Of a stretch of DNA of 64,000 bases, positions 58,841 through 64,000 are shown one piece after another. Position 1 is the first letter of the stretch, and each line of letters opens with the position of its first letter. The translations under genes were made by a program, and so were the position numbers. The notes beneath the pieces were generated by a model, which was not told the origin of the DNA, did not search any database, and was given only the letters and a program-made list of their open reading frames with translations. The DNA is from an uncultured Chitinophagales bacterium (lineage in GTDB: Bacteria; Bacteroidota; Bacteroidia; Chitinophagales; JADIYW01): positions 2,578 through 66,577 of the forward strand of contig CAZXRF010000006.1 of NCBI GenBank assembly GCA_964642875.1, read 5' to 3'.

Positions 58841-59692
58841 ATGATTCAGCAACAAGAATTGCAGGAATTTATCGCAGCTGCATTACGCGAAGATGTTCGG
58901 GAAGGCGATCATTCATCATTAGCTTCCATTGACAAAAATGCTCAAGGAAAAGCCCGTCTTTTAGTAAAAGATGAAGGTATCTTATGCGGAATGGATATTG
59001 CAGAAGCTATTTTCAATGCGGTAGATGCTGACTTGCGAATAGAAAAACATCTGCAAGAAGGAGCTACTATAAAATATGGCGATTTGGCATTTCATGTGTA
59101 CGGTTCAGCAATATCTATACTTACTGCCGAACGGTTGGTATTAAATTGTATGCAGCGCATGAGTGGCATAGCCACTAAAACACATGAATACGTAAATGCC
59201 ATTAAAGGTACGACAGCAAAAGTAATAGACACAAGAAAGACAACACCCAACTTGCGTTTTTTAGAAAAATATGCCGTAACGGTGGGTGGCGGTGCCAACC
59301 ATCGATTTGGATTATACGATATGATTATGCTCAAAGACAATCATATTGATTTTTGTGGCGGTATTACCAAAGCCATACAAAAGGTGCATGCTTACTTGCA
59401 AGCTAAGCAATTAGATTTACGAATTGAAGTAGAAACCCGTAATTTGGATAATGTGAAAGAAGTGTTGGAGTGTGGCGGTGTACATCGTATTATGCTGGAT
59501 AATTTTACGCCCGATAAAGTACAAGAAGCGGTACTGCTAATAGACCGAAAATATGAGACCGAAGCCAGTGGTGGTATTACCTTAGAAACCATCAGAGCGT
59601 ATGCTGAAACAGGTGTAGATTTTATTTCTGTTGGCGCATTAACACATTCAGTAAAAAGCTTGGATTTAAGTTTAAAAGCTGAGATTAGCTAA
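58841..59692 (+). CDS. nadC: Nicotinate-nucleotide pyrophosphorylase (carboxylating)
   Basis: 283 aa with 'DTRKTTP.LR..EKYAV..GGG.NHR' and 'IMLDNF'. Confidence 0.95.
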   Translation: MIQQQELQEFIAAALREDVREGDHSSLASIDKNAQGKARLLVKDEGILCGMDIAEAIFNAVDADLRIEKHLQEGATIKYGDLAFHVYGSAISILTAERLVLNCMQRMSGIATKTHEYVNAIKGTTAKVIDTRKTTPNLRFLEKYAVTVGGGANHRFGLYDMIMLKDNHIDFCGGITKAIQKVHAYLQAKQLDLRIEVETRNLDNVKEVLECGGVHRIMLDNFTPDKVQEAVLLIDRKYETEASGGITLETIRAYAETGVDFISVGALTHSVKSLDLSLKAEIS

Positions 59693-59694
59693 TT

Positions 59695-61116
59695 TTATTG
59701 GAAAGGAAACGGTCCATATTTTATTACGCTCCAAACTACCCAAATAACAGCTAGTAGCCTTAATCGCTTTTGCAATTTTATGGTTTCTATCTTTTTATTA
59801 TCTATTAGATTTTGTAATAACAATGCTATCAGCAACAATAAAATAGGGACACTAGTATAAGTTAACCTGAAATTATAATACCCCAACATCCAGAAAAAAA
59901 CAAAAAACAAGACAAACATCCACTGTAAATAATAATAAAATAGCTCATTTTTCAAAGAAATCTGCAGCTCCTTTTTTTGCTTATACAAAATATAAATACC
60001 GACAATAAAAGGCGTCAGTGTAATTAGAACTGTATGTAAATAGCTTAGGGAAAAATTTGCCCAAGCTGCAAGAAAATCTAATATACCTTTGCTCAACGTA
60101 TCTTTAATCCAAATAATTTCACGAAAAGTTTCTATTTCTCCATTAAAATAATGTCCAGAAAAATAATAGCAAATATACATCCAGCTCAATGTTGGCAGCA
60201 CAAATAATATGGCACCGGGCAATAAGGTCGTAAACATTTTAAAAGAGATTTTCAATGATTTTTGTTTTACAAGAAATGCAATACCTAAGCACGGATAATA
60301 CAAAATAAAACTACCATAAGCCAAACACAGCAATCCCATTCCGAAGGAAACGAAAAGTAACTTTATAGGCGACAATTTATCATTTAAAAACAGATAAACT
60401 ACGTAAGCAATACTTATAGGCGTAAAGAATGCAAACATCTGTTCATGTGCCGAGAAAAAGAATGCTTTTACTATTCCACTTGATACTATAAATAATGATA
60501 AAAAGTGGATGATATATTTTTCGGTAGAAAGCTGGATTAATAGTTTCTCAAACAAGACTAAAGAGGACAGCAAAATCAGAAAATTCATAATTATAAAAGC
60601 AATATAAAACGGCAGTAATTCTACCACTAAGTTATGGTGTTTTGCTTGGTCTATTTTATACATTTTCAGAAATGGGCTTGATTCTAATTTCTGGTTTATG
60701 CTTTCTTGATAAAGGTATTTCTCCCCTCCTAATTTTTTAAAAAATGAAGATTCTATAAACGCTGAAGTAATAAATTTAATCGGTAGCCCGATGACATGAG
60801 CTGCGTAAATATACAGTGGTCTGTTTTGGCGTACAGCTACAAAATTACTATCCAACAATAAAGACGGATTGGTAGTAAGGAATACATATTGGTACGAATC
60901 GCAAAATAACACAAAACCAAGTTTTGATACTTTAATATATTCTCCGCAATACGTACCGGTAGCAGTTCTTGGTTTGGGCGAAAATAAAAACAAGAAGGTA
61001 AAACAAACTATCAACAAACTATATTTGCCCCAAACCTTATTAGTAATTTTTATCGTTAAAATTTTAATCGTTGACACGATACAATTATACGCCGAAATAT
61101 GCAAAAAACAGCACAA
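59695..61116 (-). CDS. Polytopic membrane protein of unknown family (paralog A)
   Basis: About 10 or more hydrophobic helices. It shares the motifs RQNRPLYI, SAHEQMF.F.TPISI.Y, CLAYGSFILY.P and PTL(S/T)W..IC...SG.Y.N.E...FRE..WI.D with the ORF at 62637-63959. The start is uncertain (the TTG at 61116 is the only candidate in the track). Confidence 0.75.
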   Translation of the reverse strand: MCCFLHISAYNCIVSTIKILTIKITNKVWGKYSLLIVCFTFLFLFSPKPRTATGTYCGEYIKVSKLGFVLFCDSYQYVFLTTNPSLLLDSNFVAVRQNRPLYIYAAHVIGLPIKFITSAFIESSFFKKLGGEKYLYQESINQKLESSPFLKMYKIDQAKHHNLVVELLPFYIAFIIMNFLILLSSLVLFEKLLIQLSTEKYIIHFLSLFIVSSGIVKAFFFSAHEQMFAFFTPISIAYVVYLFLNDKLSPIKLLFVSFGMGLLCLAYGSFILYYPCLGIAFLVKQKSLKISFKMFTTLLPGAILFVLPTLSWMYICYYFSGHYFNGEIETFREIIWIKDTLSKGILDFLAAWANFSLSYLHTVLITLTPFIVGIYILYKQKKELQISLKNELFYYYLQWMFVLFFVFFWMLGYYNFRLTYTSVPILLLLIALLLQNLIDNKKIETIKLQKRLRLLAVIWVVWSVIKYGPFPFQ

Positions 61117-61184
61117 AAAAAGGCATTTTACGTATTACAAAAAAATAAAAGCGCTACACCAAATACATATTGCGATTATTATCT

Positions 61185-61192
61185 TATTTTTG
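61185..61192 (+). promoter_or_regulatory. Candidate -7 box (TATTTTTG) for the GT39-like gene
   Basis: Exact TAnnTTTG, 25 nt upstream of the TTG start at 61218. Confidence 0.3.
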
Positions 61193-61217
61193 ATTTATAC
61201 AATAGAATTTACTGCCT

Positions 61218-62594
61218 TTGAAAACAATATTAAAAGACAAACCACTGTGCATACTTGTATTTTCAGGATTGGTCTTACGCTTATTATTTTTCTTTATTTA
61301 TCAACCATGGAATCCGCAAGTGGAACATGAATTGGTGCTTAACGGAGATGCCGTGCAATACCATTATTTGGCTATTTCCATTTTAAAATACCACAATTTT
61401 GCCGATAATGTTTTCAGAACGCCACTTTACCCTACATTTATTGCAATTCTATACGGCATTTTTGGTATAAATCCATATATCGTTTTACTATTTCAAATTA
61501 TCCTTAGCAGTATCGGTATTTTTATTATTTATGATATGGCAAAAATGCTAACCAATCGTACGGTTGGGCTAGTTGCTGCTGGCATTCTCGCTTTCGATCC
61601 GCATCAAATTACATTTGCCAGTTGGCTTTTCTCCGATTCTCTTTTCACGTTTTTGTTTATCCTATCTATCTATTATTTTGTAAAAGGAATAAACAATAAA
61701 AACATTGGAAATATAATCTTCAGTGCTGTTATTCTCGGGCTTAATATTTTAAACAAACCCGTTGTACAGTTTTTTCCAGTTGCAATGATTTTGCTATGTT
61801 TAATATGGAGAACTGAAACTTTAAAAACCAAGCTAAAATATGCTGTAATTTATCTCACAATTCCATTTATGCTGGCACTGCCTTGGCTACTGCGCAATAA
61901 AGTAAAACATGGGCATTTCGCAATCTCTTCTATCGTTGGATTTAACAAATTAGTGTATAATGTTCCGCTTACAGAACACGTGCTCACCCATAAAGACAAT
62001 GGCGTAATCATCGACAGTTTTCTTACAAAAATCCGATTAGAAAATCCACAACTTAAAGACATTCCTTTAAGCAGCAAAAATATTTGGCACAGTTTATCTT
62101 TTGAAACAACAACAGTATATGGGAAATATGCAGATGAATATTTAAGCAAACATCGGGCTGCTTATCTAAAGCTCCATTTTATGGGAATGGTAAAATTAAT
62201 GCTGAATGTAGGCACTCAAAACATGTTAGATAAACTGCATATAAAAAACCAAAATAAATGGGGCGATGAGGAACGATATTCTACCGGTTTTTTTATGCTT
62301 ATCAAGAAGTTTTTATTTACAAAATCGGCAACAGAAGTTGCACTTGGTTTATTCATTATTATATTTATGATGGTGTGTTACTTCTATGGATTTGCGGGGG
62401 TATATTTTACTATTAGAGATAAGCAATACGAATTATTATGCTTATGCGGCGGTTCCATTTTGTATTTTTTATTGATATATGGCGAGCTGCCAATTGTCCG
62501 TTTCAAACTTCCCATTACGGCAATGTATAGCTTGTTGGCGGGTTATGGTTTTTATAGATTACACCAAAAAAATACTCGAAAACTAAAAGCATAA
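61218..62594 (+). CDS. GT-C fold glycosyltransferase, family 39 / ArnT-PMT-like
   Basis: 458 aa polytopic protein. The first loop 'LNGDAVQYHYLAISILKYHNF' matches the D-x-x-x-Y/acidic first-loop signature, and 'FRTPLYP.FIA' is typical of GT39/GT83-type proteins. TTG start. Confidence 0.75.
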   Translation: MKTILKDKPLCILVFSGLVLRLLFFFIYQPWNPQVEHELVLNGDAVQYHYLAISILKYHNFADNVFRTPLYPTFIAILYGIFGINPYIVLLFQIILSSIGIFIIYDMAKMLTNRTVGLVAAGILAFDPHQITFASWLFSDSLFTFLFILSIYYFVKGINNKNIGNIIFSAVILGLNILNKPVVQFFPVAMILLCLIWRTETLKTKLKYAVIYLTIPFMLALPWLLRNKVKHGHFAISSIVGFNKLVYNVPLTEHVLTHKDNGVIIDSFLTKIRLENPQLKDIPLSSKNIWHSLSFETTTVYGKYADEYLSKHRAAYLKLHFMGMVKLMLNVGTQNMLDKLHIKNQNKWGDEERYSTGFFMLIKKFLFTKSATEVALGLFIIIFMMVCYFYGFAGVYFTIRDKQYELLCLCGGSILYFLLIYGELPIVRFKLPITAMYSLLAGYGFYRLHQKNTRKLKA

Positions 62595-62636
62595 TTGCTA
62601 TTAAAAAGCAACAAACTGAATCCTATTTATTTGTAT

Positions 62637-63959
62637 TTATAAAATAAAAACCAAAATACACCACAGAATTACGGCAGCATACATTCGTTTATAATAGTAA
62701 TTTGTTAGCTGAGGTTTATTTTCAAGCAGCATTTGAAATTGTGCTGCAATACCAATTAAAACTAGCACCGAGCTACTGAAGCTTAAGCGATAAGCATAAT
62801 ATCCTAAAAGTGCAAAAAAGGCTGTAAACACTATAAAGCAGCTAACTAACACCGTAATTAGCGAATCATATTTTTTTGAATTTTTAAAAGGTTTGTTTGC
62901 TTTCCACAAAACAAAATAAATAAGTAAAAAAGGAAATACTGCTTTGGTGAAAATAAGTAAGAAATAGGTTAAATTAAAAACAAAAGCTTTTACAAATACA
63001 ACAAGTCCGATTTTTAATGCATCTATTATCCACACAAGTTCTCTGAAATTTGCAACTTCGTGATTATAATATTGTCCTGAAATTTGCTTACAAATAAAAA
63101 TCCAAGTAAGGGTAGGAAATAGAAATAAGATGGCATGTATTATATAATTCACTCGATTTGCATATATGGTTTTAATTGACTTATCTTGATAGAATAACAG
63201 CAACCATAAAGCAGGTAAGTATAAAATAAAACTGCCATACGCCAAACACCCTAAACCGAATAAAAAAGTAAGCCAGTAAGTTTTTCTATTTTGTTTTTTA
63301 TAAATGTAATGATGTAATGCATACACGATTGAAATGGGCGTTAGAAACAAGAACATTTGTTCGTGAGCGGAGTATATAAAGTCCTTTACGATTGTATTTG
63401 CAATTAACACAACACTCAGAAGATATATTATTTTTTGTTGGATTTGGAACTGTTCCAACATAACTTCAAATAAGTAAACACTTAAAACAAGGAGTAAGAA
63501 ATTCAGCAACACATACGAAATAAAAAAAGCAATCATCTGCAAAATTAAAGTGGCGTTATTTGCGGCAGTAGTATATTTATCTTGCTTTTCAAACGAACTT
63601 AACTCTAATCGTTTTAATAGTTTATCGCTATTTAACAGTTTATCTAATTTTAGTTTTACATTTTCATTGCCATTATATACTGCGAATAAGACATACTCTA
63701 TGGGTTTACCAATGGCATAAGTTAAGGCGATATACAGCGGACGATTTTGTCGGCGTGCAACACTATCTTTACTAAGCAAATTAGACGGGTGCATGGACAA
63801 TAAAATATATTGATGAGAATCACAATTAATCAAAAAACCCATCGCTTTATTAATTCTAAAATAAGTGCCGCAATATTTATTTCCGGCCGGTTTGGGTGCA
63901 AATAGAAATAGAATTGATGTAAGAAAAATAAATAGTGAAATCCGCAGGCTTCTTTTCAT
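62637..63959 (-). CDS. Polytopic membrane protein of unknown family (paralog B)
   Basis: 440 aa starting MKRSLRISLFIFL. See the shared motifs listed for paralog A. Confidence 0.8.
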   Translation of the reverse strand: MKRSLRISLFIFLTSILFLFAPKPAGNKYCGTYFRINKAMGFLINCDSHQYILLSMHPSNLLSKDSVARRQNRPLYIALTYAIGKPIEYVLFAVYNGNENVKLKLDKLLNSDKLLKRLELSSFEKQDKYTTAANNATLILQMIAFFISYVLLNFLLLVLSVYLFEVMLEQFQIQQKIIYLLSVVLIANTIVKDFIYSAHEQMFLFLTPISIVYALHHYIYKKQNRKTYWLTFLFGLGCLAYGSFILYLPALWLLLFYQDKSIKTIYANRVNYIIHAILFLFPTLTWIFICKQISGQYYNHEVANFRELVWIIDALKIGLVVFVKAFVFNLTYFLLIFTKAVFPFLLIYFVLWKANKPFKNSKKYDSLITVLVSCFIVFTAFFALLGYYAYRLSFSSSVLVLIGIAAQFQMLLENKPQLTNYYYKRMYAAVILWCILVFIL

Positions 63960-64000
63960 ATATGATGAGAATATCTTGCTAAGATAGCTAATACCAATTG

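Noticed and set aside
60869-61330. 153-aa plus-strand ORF spanning the 5' ends of paralog A and the GT39-like gene.
   Set aside because: It crosses an intergenic promoter region and overlaps two better-supported membrane-protein genes. Its sequence is low-complexity.
1-64000. Search by eye for CRISPR arrays, tRNA/rRNA/tmRNA genes, IS elements, integrases, phage genes, toxin-antitoxin pairs and known defence-system signatures.
   Set aside because: None found. ORFs tile the window with short spacers, the largest non-coding gap is about 220 nt, and no spacer shows tRNA-like T-arm/anticodon structure or long direct repeats. A computational scan (tRNAscan-SE, Infernal/Rfam, ISEScan, DefenseFinder/PADLOC) would be needed to exclude them formally.

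Overview
This is a low-GC, gene-dense chromosomal window with about 61 protein genes on both strands. I found no rRNA, tRNA, CRISPR array, transposase or integrase. It reads as core genome of a Bacteroidota organism, an inference from TAnnTTTG -7 boxes 20-40 nt upstream of many starts, the purH-mreBCD-mrdA-rodA order, a PorT-type T9SS gene, a very long SLBB-type Wza, and a type-B L31. Recognisable blocks are as follows. (1) 1.1-8.5 kb holds purH plus the rod-shape operon. (2) 8.5-11.1 kb holds a Crp/Fnr-led cluster of rhodanese, thioredoxin and small membrane proteins. (3) 11-20 kb holds proline dehydrogenase, aroE, a TPR protein, a nuclease, a vWA protein, PAP2 and an M48 protease. (4) 18.6-26.3 kb is a tightly packed minus-strand string, tpiA-prmA-(1512-aa orphan protein)-M48-methyltransferase. 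(5) 29.9-38 kb holds menF-D-B-A-C-E, ubiE/menG and porT. (6) 39.7-48.6 kb holds a polysaccharide export/dTDP-sugar cluster (cysQ, rfbC, Wzz, Wza, rfbB, sugar dehydrogenase) and divergent waaA. (7) 48.6-59.7 kb holds mixed housekeeping genes (tdk, M20 peptidase, hisS, gpmI, nadC) interspersed with orphan genes. (8) 59.7-64 kb holds two paralogous polytopic membrane proteins flanking a GT39/ArnT-like glycosyltransferase. Most of the window is ordinary, and I see no defence or mobile island. The best candidates for undescribed biology are the membrane-protein/GT-C trio, the rhodanese-thioredoxin relay cluster with its Cys-bearing regulator, the 1512-aa secreted orphan, and an acidic protein carrying three copies of an [10 protein letters not shown] motif. 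All family assignments come from motif recognition by eye. No database search, HMM or structure prediction was run.
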